DNA of 64,000 nt, from sequence record ON529853.1; one strand, given 5' to 3'. This document shows, piece by piece, positions 47,220-56,522 of this stretch (positions within the stretch are counted from its first letter, which is position 1; each line of letters begins with the position of its first letter). Both the position numbers and the translations under genes were made by a program. The notes under the pieces were generated by a model. The model saw only the letters and a program-made list of their open reading frames with translations, did not search any database and was not told the DNA's origin.

Positions 47220-47777
47220 ATGGCGAAAGACATCTGGTTCGCTTCGGACCACCACTTCGGGCACGAAAAGTGCTGCACCACCTTCCTGCGCGAGGACGGC
47301 ACGCCGCTGCGTCCGTTCTCGGGCGCCGAGGAGATGAACGCGGCGCTGATCGAGCGCCACAACGAGGTCGTCAAGCCGCAGGACAAGGTCTACTTCCTGG
47401 GCGACGTCGCCATCACCCAGAAGAACCTGCCCCTGGTGGGGCAGATGCACGGCTCCAAGCGCTTGATCCGGGGCAACCATGACATCTTCCCGACCAAGAA
47501 GTACCTGGAGTTCTTCAAGGAGGTCTACGGCGTCCGCGTCCTGACCGAGTTCGGGGGCATCGTCCTGACGCACGTCCCGATCCATGCCAGCCAGTTGCGC
47601 CGCTTCAAGGTCAACATCCACGGCCACCTGCACGACAAGGTGCTGGAGGAGCCCGGCTACATCAACGTCTCGGTCGAACAGATCGACTACCGCCCGATCC
47701 ACATCGACGAAATCCTGGCCCAGGCCAGCCGCTTCAACCCCGGATACGACTTCACTCAAGACGTCCACCCCGGATAA
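47220..47777 (+). CDS. Calcineurin-like metallophosphoesterase
   Basis: SDHHFGH, LGD, GNHD, THVP, IHGHLH. Confidence 0.9.
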   Translation: MAKDIWFASDHHFGHEKCCTTFLREDGTPLRPFSGAEEMNAALIERHNEVVKPQDKVYFLGDVAITQKNLPLVGQMHGSKRLIRGNHDIFPTKKYLEFFKEVYGVRVLTEFGGIVLTHVPIHASQLRRFKVNIHGHLHDKVLEEPGYINVSVEQIDYRPIHIDEILAQASRFNPGYDFTQDVHPG

Positions 47778-47784
47778 GGACCTC

Positions 47785-48335
47785 ATGCTCACCGCCCTTT
47801 ACATCCTCGTCGGCTACTTCTTCGCCGCCGGGTTCATCATCGCGCCGTTCGTGTTCCGCGAACAACTGGCCTCCACCCGCTGGGCCGCCTACAGCATCAT
47901 CAACGCCAACTTCTTCTGGACGATGCTGCCGGTGGCGGTGGCGGTCTGGGCGCTGTGGCTGCCGCTGCTGGCGTTCGCCATCTTCGCCGGCACCTGGGTC
48001 GGCATCTTCAGCCAGATCAAGACGCGCATCCGTATCCGGACGAACGCGGAAGTCGCGGCGGACCGGTCGGTTCTGGACGTCGACTTCATGGCCCCGACGC
48101 CGGGCGACCCGAACATCGGGCGGGACGGCCGCGCATGACGGACGAGGCCCCTGAGGTCGATCTGACCGAGATCGTCGGCATGACGCCGGCCCTGGCCGCG
48201 CTGAAGACCCGGATGACCATTCGCGAACTCTACCGCAACGGCGCCAAGCAGGTGATCGCCCACGATCACGACGCCAACCGGATCAACGTCACCACCGACG
48301 CCGGTTACATCACCCACGTTTCTGGAATCGGCTAA
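47785..48335 (+). CDS. Membrane protein 47785..48138 and small protein 48135..48335
   Basis: Hydrophobic segments. AAGGA RBS. Confidence 0.6.
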
Positions 48336-49174
48336 TGGCGGACCCTATCCCCTTCTGCGGCGACAACGCCCGCCTGAACCCGGCCAAAGGCGACGAAGGT
48401 CGGGTGCGCGTCATGCACGCCCACAAGACCGACGACGGCCGGGTGATCTCCTGCTGGAAGCTGACGCCGGAGGAGATCGTCAAGGTCGCCGAAACCGGAG
48501 AGGTCTGGCTGTCGCTGTCCTGCGGCGATAACATCCCGCCGTCCTTTGTCTCGGGCACGCCTCTGATGCAGGCCTTCGATCAGGACACCGGCCATGCGAT
48601 CAGCAGCTACCGCTCTGATGGCGAGCACGAGGTGCAGGACGCGCGGCGGTTCGCGCTTTTGCACCACGGCGACCAGAAGTACGGCAAGCGCCCCTACGCC
48701 TACCACCTGGACGGGGTGGCGGCCGTCCTTCGTCGGTGGGGCGCTGACTCCACCTACCTCAAGGCGGGCTACGGTCACGACCTTGAAGAGGATACGATGC
48801 AGGACCTGCCCCTGGTCGAGCGCCGCGCCACGGTGCGCGTGCGGTTAGGCGAGGAGGCCGAGGCCTACGTCTGGGCCTGCACCGGCACCCAGGCGACCCG
48901 CGAAGCCTGTCTGGAGGAGCAGATCGCCAAGATCACCGCTCGTCCCGGCGCCGCGCCGGTCAAGTGCGCGGACCGCCTGTTCAACATGGCGTCCTGCCTG
49001 GAAGAGGTCCAGGAGACGCCCACCGACCATCTGCTGAAGCTGTCGCGCACCTACGACGGCGAAGCGGATCGCTTCATCTCGGCGATGGAACCCCTGGTTC
49101 CCGCCCAGATCATTGAGGAACTGCGTGACGTCGCTGGTCGACTGCGCGCCTTCCTCGCCACTCAGGCTAACTAA
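48335..49174 (+). CDS. Two-domain protein: small N-terminal domain plus RelA/SpoT (Mesh1/SAH)-type HD hydrolase
   Basis: ARRFA..HHGDQKYG..PY..HL..V, GHDLEEDT, VKCADRLFN. Confidence 0.75.
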   Translation: MADPIPFCGDNARLNPAKGDEGRVRVMHAHKTDDGRVISCWKLTPEEIVKVAETGEVWLSLSCGDNIPPSFVSGTPLMQAFDQDTGHAISSYRSDGEHEVQDARRFALLHHGDQKYGKRPYAYHLDGVAAVLRRWGADSTYLKAGYGHDLEEDTMQDLPLVERRATVRVRLGEEAEAYVWACTGTQATREACLEEQIAKITARPGAAPVKCADRLFNMASCLEEVQETPTDHLLKLSRTYDGEADRFISAMEPLVPAQIIEELRDVAGRLRAFLATQAN

Positions 49175-49182
49175 GGACAGCC

Positions 49183-52100
49183 ATGACCAAATACACCCGC
49201 CAACCGACCGTCGTCGAGGCTTTCCAATATGACCGCCAGCCCAAGAAGGACTGGCCGCAATGGCTCCAGGATTACCAGGTCGCCACCCCCATGGGCTTCC
49301 AGGGCGTGGGCGCCGGCGCCGGCGTTCTGCTGGTGCCGAACAAGAACGGCCCGACCATCAACGTCACGCCCGGTGAATGGGTCGTGTTCGAGAACGGCGT
49401 CCTGCTGGTCTTCCGCAACGACCTGTTCGAGGCGGCCTTCCAGGAAGAAGGCTACGACGAATGGCTGGCCGAGAAGGTCGCCAAGTCCACGGCGCAGTTG
49501 GACGCCGGTGAGACCATCACCGGAGAAGAAGCCAACGCCCGCGCCGCCGCCCAACTGGCCGAGATGAGCGAGAAGGCCCCGGCGGCTGAAGCGCCCGTCG
49601 TCGCCGCCGATCCCGCCGCCGACGCCAAGGGCGGCAAGAAGAAACCGGCCGGCGACAAGCCGACCGAAGACGCTCCGACCGCCGAGTAAGGTCGGAACGT
49701 GACGGGACTGACGCTCCTGCGGGGATACCTGCACCGCAAGGCCTGGCCGCAGGGCGTCAGTTTCGAGGCGTTCGGCGCCCCCGCGCCGAGGCCTCCGTGG
49801 CGGGTGAGATGGGCGCGCCGCCTCTACAAGGCGTCGCTCGTCTCACCCTCTGCGTACCTCCATGATCTGGCATGGCCGCCCTATGACTGTGACGACTGCA
49901 TCGGCATGCGCGACCATGGTTGCTACTGCGCCGCCGTCGGCGCGGTGGCGCCCGGCGCCATGATCGATCCGTCCCGACACGGCTGGAGGCTGCTGCACGG
50001 CCTGATTTTCATCTGGACCTCGCCCTTCTGGGATGAGGTCGAACGCTCCTGGGAAGACACTGATGTCTGCATATCTCCAAGCCCCGGCCCACATTGCGGC
50101 GGAAGCCGCCGGCCTGACGCCCGCCGATTTTGAGGGTGTCGACGGGGTCCTGCTCGGCGCCTGGCTCATGGATCGAGACTCGGTGTCGCTGGGGCGCACG
50201 GTTCAGATCGGCTGGGGCTATATCTACGGAGATCGTAAGGGCCGGTTCGAGGACGGGTCCTACATCCACACCTCCTACTTCACTGCGGAGCCTGTCGACG
50301 GGGTCTATAAGACCCTGAACTCGACCTATCGCCTACGCCTGCGCCCGGAGACCGCTGATGACGCTGACGCCTGAAGACCTGGAGGCGCAACACCGCGCTA
50401 TCCTGGAGTCGATGACCCAAGACCAGATGCTGGTCATGGCGCGTGAGATGGTGGCGTCGCGCGCACGCCTGGAATCGGCCCGCGTGGGCCAGTTCGTGAC
50501 CCGAAAGGACAGTCTCGACGCGGTGTTCGCCGCCGAGGCCGCCGCCCGTGACCTGGGGGCTGAACCGAAAATCGACTTCTTCCTCCCGCTCGACAACGAC
50601 TTCCCCGAGGCGCGTCTGCCGTGACGATCAAATACAGCGCCAAGCTGCGCGAGGCGCTGAACGCGGCGATCGACGAGTTTACGGGCTCCGCGCCCCGAGC
50701 AACCGTCCCCGTCACGGATGCCACGCTCGCGATGCGCATGGCTTTACTAGGAGGCCCCATGACCAGCGCCGCCGTCCGACACGCCCTTCAGGCGGAGAAG
50801 GGTCACCACGTTATGATGGCGCAGCTATCGGGCGACCACCGGCATGTGCCGCTCGCGCTGCTGGAACAGGTCGGGCGCAGCCTGGTGGTCACGCTGATCG
50901 AGCGCGCCGCTCGGCCTTCGACGTCGTCGCCGTCCGCCGCGTCCGTCCAACTATTGTCCGACGCCGCCCTTCTGACGGCCCGGTTGGATCGCGTGTCGGA
51001 CGCCGCCTATGACTTCGGCGCGCACGAATGTTCGAGCCGTGAGGGGGAGGCCACTGTGGATCGCCTGACCCGGCGCTTCGACGAGGAATCCCGAGGGCGG
51101 CCGCTCTCCAGCGCCTCCGTGGTCAAGCGGCTTTTCGAGCGCTTTGACGAGAACGTCTACAGCCTGCAATCGCTCGTCCTGGCGACCGCGAAGACCCAGA
51201 AGACCTGGGATTTAAACGCCTGTCATGATTTCTATGGTCGGTATGAGCCTATCGTCGAGGCGGCGATGGACGCCGCGCTGATCCTGGAGGCCCATGCCGA
51301 GGACCGCATCTTCGGGCCGCAGGAAGGGGACGCTGATGTCGCGTGAAACCGAGACCCTGACGGCGGAAGACCTGGCCGACATCGCCGCCTTCGAGGCCCT
51401 GCCGCTGGACGCCCAGCTTCTGTTCGGCATCTGGTTCGGGATGGGCCGCAAGGACGACTTCACCCTGCGGCACGGGCTCAAGGAATGGCGACCCAGGCCG
51501 CGCACCCAGGCCGCGCTGGACGACCTGCTCGCCGCCGGGTTCATCGCGGTGGAGCAGGAGCCCAGCGGCGCCAAGGTCTATCGGATGCTGAAGGACTCCT
51601 ACGCCGCGCTCCTGTGGGCCATGGCCTACATCGAGAAGGACGAGGAACAGCGCGCCGCCGCCAAATGGCGACTGATGGAGCCCGTCGCATGATCACTCGT
51701 GGGCTTCGCCCCCTCGTGACTGGCTGCGCCAGCCTACCTCCGGTCGGCCCATGAGCGACCTGTGGGGTTGGCTGCTGCTCGGCTCGGCCGTCTGGGCTCT
51801 GGCGATGACGCTGTGGGCGCGGGGGCGTGCTCTACGCACCACGCCGAGACGGCGCGACGCCGGCCTTTCCCTGACGGTCCGCAACGGCTGCTTGAACACG
51901 GGGCGTCGCCCCGAGGAGACGACATGACTGACACGCCCCACAGAGACGACACGACCCACATGGACGACACGCCCGACATCCTGCCCGGCTACCAGGAGAT
52001 GCTCCAGGCCATGGCGAAGCCGGGCGGCACGCTGCGGTGCACGGCGGGCCGCGTTCCTCAAGGCGTGCTGGAGATGGAGGGATATGGGCTGATGGAGGTG

Positions 52101-52676
52101 ATCGATTTTTCGCCTGAAGCCGGCGACCCGACCTATGCGCTCACCAAGCGGGGGAAGGCCTATGTCCAACACCGCCTCGGCTGAACCGGCCCAAACGATC
52201 GAGACGCTCAAGACGCTGCTGCACGCCCAGCGCGCCATCAGCAACGAGGTCATGGCCTTCCTTCTGGAGCCGGTCGGGCGCGACCGCCTGATCCTGTGCG
52301 ACAAGGTCCACCGGGCCGACGCGGAACTGCGCGTGGCGCTGCACGGCGGCGGATACGTCCGCAATCCCTGGCCCGAGGGCGGCTTCACGGCCGAGATGAC
52401 ACGCGACCGGCGCGCCCTGATCGACAAGATGCGCAAACGCGCGGACGCGCTGCGCAGCCTGTTCCTGCGTGACGACGCCGAACTGATGGACCAGGCGGCG
52501 CGCGAGATGGAATACGACCTGCTGGCCTGGGCGGCGCCGCGATGAACGGTCCACCCGAGCCGCCGCCGATGCAGGTCGTGGAGCGCGGTCTGATCGCGTC
52601 CTGGGCGATCTGGCCTCTGATGATCCTGTTCGGCCTGGGCTTGGTCCTGATCCTGGTCGGCCTCGTCCTGGGTTAA
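49183..52676 (+). CDS. Run of hypothetical proteins (49183..49689, 49699..50133, 50063..50374, 50358..50624, 50621..51346, 51336..51692, 51751..51927, 51924..52184, 52162..52545, 52542..52676)
   Basis: Coupled plus-strand ORFs. 51751..51927 and 52542..52676 are hand-found small membrane proteins. Confidence 0.6.
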
Positions 52677-52864
52677 GGCGGCGACACGCGGTCCAGGCCG
52701 GCGTCGAGGTGGGCGAGCGCGCGCTGCACCCGGTTGGACAGGGCGCGCACCGGCGCGCGTTCTCCGGACGGGGTCTGCTGCCGCAGCGCGCCCAGATCAT
52801 GCAGCAGGGCGTCAAGGCGGTCTGCGATGGCGTCGGCTTCGCCGATAAGGTCTTCGAGGGTCAT
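52673..52864 (-). CDS. 63-aa helical protein, the only minus-strand gene in the plus block
   Basis: Has its own promoter at 52939-52967. Confidence 0.6.
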   Translation of the reverse strand: MTLEDLIGEADAIADRLDALLHDLGALRQQTPSGERAPVRALSNRVQRALAHLDAGLDRVSPP

Positions 52865-52938
52865 GGACAGGGTTCCTGGGTTGGAGCCTGTCCAGGCGCC
52901 GGGATGAAGACCCCTATCCAGGGGCCGAACGTGCCTCA

Positions 52939-52967
52939 GACCTAGCGTTGACCGCGCGCGGCGTCAA
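52939..52967 (-). promoter_or_regulatory. Promoter TTGACG-N17-TAGGTC
   Basis: GCTAGGTC -10 region. Back-to-back with a rightward TTGACA at 52985. Confidence 0.55.
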
Positions 52968-53042
52968 GCGCTGGCGTGAGATCGTTGACAGAACGAACTG
53001 ATTCGTCTACGCCGGTTCCTGACGAAGACGCAAGGAGGCCGC

Positions 53043-53345
53043 ATGTACGCCATCATCATGTCCGACGCCCGGACGATCGGCAAGAAGCCGGCGTTGAAGC
53101 TGGGCTGGGTGACCAAGTCCCTGCCGGACGGCGGCGTGCGCGCCAACGTCGCGCCGCTGACCTCGCTGCGCAATCCGAAGTGGTCCAAGACCACCCGCTA
53201 CGTCCGGGGCAATCAGATCGCCCAGATGTTCGGCCCGAACGTCAAGCCGACGACCGCTGAGATCAAGGCGATCCGGGACCGGTTGAAGCCCTACCAGCCC
53301 CGTGCGGAGGGCTTCGCCGACATGGGACATTACGGCGGCGTTTGA
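53043..53345 (+). CDS. Hypothetical basic protein
   Basis: AAGGAGG RBS. Confidence 0.65.
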   Translation: MYAIIMSDARTIGKKPALKLGWVTKSLPDGGVRANVAPLTSLRNPKWSKTTRYVRGNQIAQMFGPNVKPTTAEIKAIRDRLKPYQPRAEGFADMGHYGGV

Positions 53346-53346
53346 C

Positions 53347-53375
53347 TTGACGCCGTGAATCCTGACGGTTAATGA
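53347..53375 (+). promoter_or_regulatory. Class B promoter TTGACG-N17-TAATGA with ATCCTGACGG and a GANTC in the spacer
   Basis: TTGACG CCGTGAATCCTGACGGT TAATGA. Confidence 0.7.
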
Positions 53376-53427
53376 CGCAGATAACGGCAATCACGCCGTC
53401 TTCATCATGCGCCGTTAACCATGTCTG

Positions 53428-53443
53428 TTAACCGGTGGTTAAC
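53428..53443 (+). promoter_or_regulatory. Consensus CtrA binding site TTAA-N7-TTAAC
   Basis: TTAA-CCGGTGG-TTAAC with extra half-sites TTAACC (53415) and TTAA (53445), 32 bp before the flotillin ATG. Confidence 0.8.
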
Positions 53444-53475
53444 CTTAATGGTCCGGCGCCCACCAAGGATTCACT

Positions 53476-54864
53476 ATGCCTTTCGTTTTGATCGGAGGCG
53501 CCGTCTTTGGCGTCATTCTGGTGCTCGCCCTGCTGGTCGCGCTTATGCTGCGCCGCGTCGTTCCCACCAACATGGTCCACATCGTTCAGCGCGGTAAGAC
53601 GACCATCTCCTACGGCAAGGGCAAGGAAGCCGGCAACGTCTACTACGAGTGGCCCCAGTCGGTGCCGGCGCTCGGCGTGACCGTGACCCGCTTCCCCGAG
53701 AGCGTCTTCGACGTCAGCCTGGCGAACTACGAAGCCTACGACATCGGCCGCCTGCCGTTCGTGGTCGACATCGTCGCCTTCTACCGCGTCGAGAACTCCG
53801 AGACCGCCGCCCAGCGCGTCGCCTCGTTCGATGAACTTCAGCAGCAACTTAAGTCGGTCCTCCAGGGCGCGGTGCGCACCATCCTGTCGACCAACAAGCT
53901 GGAAGAGATCATGCAGGACCGGGCCAAGCTGGGCACCGAGTTCACCGCCGAGGTCAACCATCAGCTTCAGGAATGGGGCGTGACCACCGTCAAGTCCATC
54001 GAGTTCATGGACATCCGCGACAGCAGCGGCTCGAAGGTCATCGCCAACATGATGGCGAAGGAACAGTCGCGCATCGAGAAGGAAAGCCGCATCACCGTCG
54101 CGGAAAACCTGCGCGAAGCTGAACTGAAGGAAATCGACGCCGACCGCGTCGTCGAGGTCCAGAAGCAGGACGCCCAACAACAACTCGGCATCCGCACCGC
54201 CGAGAAGGAACGCGCCGTTGGCATCGCCGATGAGCAGACGCGTCAGGAAGTCCTGCTGGAAAGCAAGCTGACCGCCGAGCGCCAGATGGACGTCCAGAAG
54301 ATCAACGACGTGAAGACGGCCGAGATCGCCAAGGACGTCGCGATCGTCAAGGCCGAGCAGGACCGCGAAGTCCTGGTGGTCAAGTCGGAAGCCGAGAAGC
54401 GCCAGACCGTCATCGCGGCCGAGGCGCAGAAGGAGCGCACCGAAGTCGTCGCCCAGGGCGATCTCGCGGCGGCCCAGAACCAGGCCCAGGGCCTGCAAGC
54501 CATCGGCGAGGCCAAGGCCAAGGCGGAAGAAGCCATCCTGATGGCGCCGGTCACCGCCCAGATCACCCTCGCCAAGGAGATCGGCGAGAACCAGCCCTAC
54601 CAGCAGTATCTGATCACGGTCGAGCAGATCAAGGCGGGCCAGGCGGTCGGCACCGAGATGGCCCAGGCCCTGAAGAGCGCCGACCTCAAGGTCATCGCCA
54701 ACGCGGGCGACGTCCAGTCGGGCGTGGCGTCGCTGGGCGGCATCCTGTCCCCGGCGGGCGGCACCGCCATCGCCGGCGCCCTGTCGGCGCTGTCGCAACT
54801 GCCCGAGGGTAAGGCCCTGGTGGAGCGTCTCACCGGCGTCGACAAGGCGGCGAGCGCCGGTTGA
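53476..54864 (+). CDS. SPFH/band-7 flotillin-like membrane protein
   Basis: N-terminal TM, SPFH domain (LQGAVRTIL...LEEIMQDR...WGV....EFMDI) and long AE/EA-rich coiled coil. Confidence 0.9.
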   Translation: MPFVLIGGAVFGVILVLALLVALMLRRVVPTNMVHIVQRGKTTISYGKGKEAGNVYYEWPQSVPALGVTVTRFPESVFDVSLANYEAYDIGRLPFVVDIVAFYRVENSETAAQRVASFDELQQQLKSVLQGAVRTILSTNKLEEIMQDRAKLGTEFTAEVNHQLQEWGVTTVKSIEFMDIRDSSGSKVIANMMAKEQSRIEKESRITVAENLREAELKEIDADRVVEVQKQDAQQQLGIRTAEKERAVGIADEQTRQEVLLESKLTAERQMDVQKINDVKTAEIAKDVAIVKAEQDREVLVVKSEAEKRQTVIAAEAQKERTEVVAQGDLAAAQNQAQGLQAIGEAKAKAEEAILMAPVTAQITLAKEIGENQPYQQYLITVEQIKAGQAVGTEMAQALKSADLKVIANAGDVQSGVASLGGILSPAGGTAIAGALSALSQLPEGKALVERLTGVDKAASAG

Positions 54865-54886
54865 CGTCCGACGCCTGAGCGTGATG

Positions 54887-54917
54887 AAAACGGCCGGTCA
54901 AACGACCGGCCGTTTTT
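54887..54917 (+). terminator. Intrinsic terminator
   Basis: AAAACGGCCGGTC-AAAC-GACCGGCCGTTTTT. Confidence 0.9.
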
Positions 54918-54928
54918 GTCGGTGAGGG

Positions 54929-54958
54929 TTGACAGACAGCATTCCTGACAGGTAGTGA
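54929..54958 (+). promoter_or_regulatory. Class B promoter of the NAD operon (TTGACA...TTCCTGACAG-GTAGTG)
   Basis: Three TGACA direct repeats. Confidence 0.68.
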
Positions 54959-54966
54959 CAATCGCG

Positions 54967-55380
54967 ATGACATTCGTTGCTGACCCCCTGGAACCGGCGA
55001 TCTCCACCACACACGCTGGTGGAACGCTGCGCGAGACCCTGCCGACGGTCTTTCGGTTGACCTGGCTGGACCATGCGTATCACGACGCGCCCGAAGGTGC
55101 GGAGATCGCCTCCTATCACAGGGCGCGCGACTTCAAACACCTGGGCGGCGCGATCGCCTGGGCGCGGCGACGGATTTTCCATGGGGAGGCGTTCGGCGAC
55201 GTCATCGAACTGGTTCGTGTGGACCGACGCCGCATCAACGGCGTCTACGCCGAGGAGCCTTACGAGGCGCGCGACATCACCCTGGCGGGGTTCCTGCCCT
55301 GGGAACAGACAAGAAACTGGAGCGGAAGCCACACCGAGGTGGTCCTTTCGCATCCCCACAAGAGGTGTATCTGGGAATGA
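54967..55380 (+). CDS. Hypothetical protein leading the NAD operon
   Basis: ATGA-coupled to the NMNAT gene. Confidence 0.65.
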   Translation: MTFVADPLEPAISTTHAGGTLRETLPTVFRLTWLDHAYHDAPEGAEIASYHRARDFKHLGGAIAWARRRIFHGEAFGDVIELVRVDRRRINGVYAEEPYEARDITLAGFLPWEQTRNWSGSHTEVVLSHPHKRCIWE

Positions 55381-56489
55381 CCATTCGAGGCCTGAAGAAG
55401 AAACCCGACGTGATGGTCTTCATCGGTCGTTTCCAGCCGCTCCATAACGGGCACCTGGACGTGATCGCGCAGGCCCTCGCGGCCGCCGAACGGCTGATCA
55501 TCCTGGTGGGCTCGGCCAACCTGGCGCGCGACACCCGCAACCCCTTCACCTACGAAGAACGCGCCGCCCTGATTCGCACCGCGATCGAGCAGAAGTTCGG
55601 CGCCGAGACGGCCGCCCGCGTGGTGGTCTGCCCCGTGCCTGACAGCCCCTACGATCTCCAGGAATGGATCGAGACCGTCCAGATGACGGTCAAGTTGAAC
55701 ACCGTGCCGTTCGTGCGCCCGACGATCAACCTGACTGGACACGACCGCGACGAGACCTCCTTCTATCTGAAGCTGTTCCCGCAGTGGCCCTACGCCGGGG
55801 CTGAAGGCGCCACCGACCTCAACGCCTCGGCCCTGCGCGCCGACTACTTCAACGGCGGCGTCGACCTCTTCAACAACGCCTGGCGCGACAGCGGCCCGGT
55901 CTGGCCGACGGTGGCGCCCCCGGCGACCCTCGCCTTCCTCCAGGCCTTCCGCGATCGCCCCGTATACGCGCGCCTGATGCGCGAACTCAAGGCCGAACGC
56001 GCCTACAAGGCCAAGTACGGCCCCGGCCCTCACGTCACCCTCGACGCGGTGGTGATCCAGTCGGGCCACGTCCTGGTCGGGCGGCGCAAGGGCGAATACG
56101 GTCACGGCATGCTGGCCCTGCCGGGCGGCTTCCTGGAGGTCAAGCGCAACGAAACCCTGCTGGAAGGCGCCGAGCGCGAGTGCTTCGAGGAGACCGGGCT
56201 GTTCAACCACTTCGGCCCCGACAACCTGATCACTGATGAACGCCGGCGCATGCTGCACACCCACCTGCGCGGGACAGACGTCTTCGGGGACCCGAACCGC
56301 TCGCGGCGCGGCCGCCTGATCACCCACGCCCACCTGTTCAAGCTGCCGGACGACTACACCCTGCCGCCGGTCGAGCCCTGGGACGATCTGGAAGACGTGC
56401 ACTGGATGCCGATCTCGGACGTCCGCGCCGACGAGTTCTTCGAGGATCACGCCTTCATCATCGAAAAGATGATCCGGCAGTTCCTGTAA
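55377..56489 (+). CDS. nadM: Bifunctional NMN adenylyltransferase / NUDIX hydrolase (NadM-NUDIX, NatV-like)
   Basis: GRFQPLHNGH (HxGH), GSAN..RDTRNPF, NUDIX box ALPGGFL...ETL...A.RE.FEETG. Confidence 0.93.
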   Translation: MTIRGLKKKPDVMVFIGRFQPLHNGHLDVIAQALAAAERLIILVGSANLARDTRNPFTYEERAALIRTAIEQKFGAETAARVVVCPVPDSPYDLQEWIETVQMTVKLNTVPFVRPTINLTGHDRDETSFYLKLFPQWPYAGAEGATDLNASALRADYFNGGVDLFNNAWRDSGPVWPTVAPPATLAFLQAFRDRPVYARLMRELKAERAYKAKYGPGPHVTLDAVVIQSGHVLVGRRKGEYGHGMLALPGGFLEVKRNETLLEGAERECFEETGLFNHFGPDNLITDERRRMLHTHLRGTDVFGDPNRSRRGRLITHAHLFKLPDDYTLPPVEPWDDLEDVHWMPISDVRADEFFEDHAFIIEKMIRQFL

Positions 56490-56522
56490 ACCCAACCACA
56501 CTCACACGAGGGGGAAATCTCC

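Noticed and set aside
49699-50374. ~70-bp overlap between 49699..50133 and 50063..50374 as a programmed frameshift
   Set aside because: No slippery heptamer or stimulatory structure seen. A simple overlap or uncertain start or stop is sufficient.
51689-51754. 21-codon ORF MITRGLRPLVTGCASLPPVGP with a lipobox-like VTGC
   Set aside because: The hydrophobic core is too short and broken for a signal peptide. It may be a remnant and cannot be supported as a gene.
52995-53472. GANTC (CcrM) sites in several promoter regions (37394, 53000, 53357, 53468) as evidence of methylation control
   Set aside because: A 4-base-specified site is expected every few hundred bp by chance. No enrichment can be claimed without a genome-wide count.
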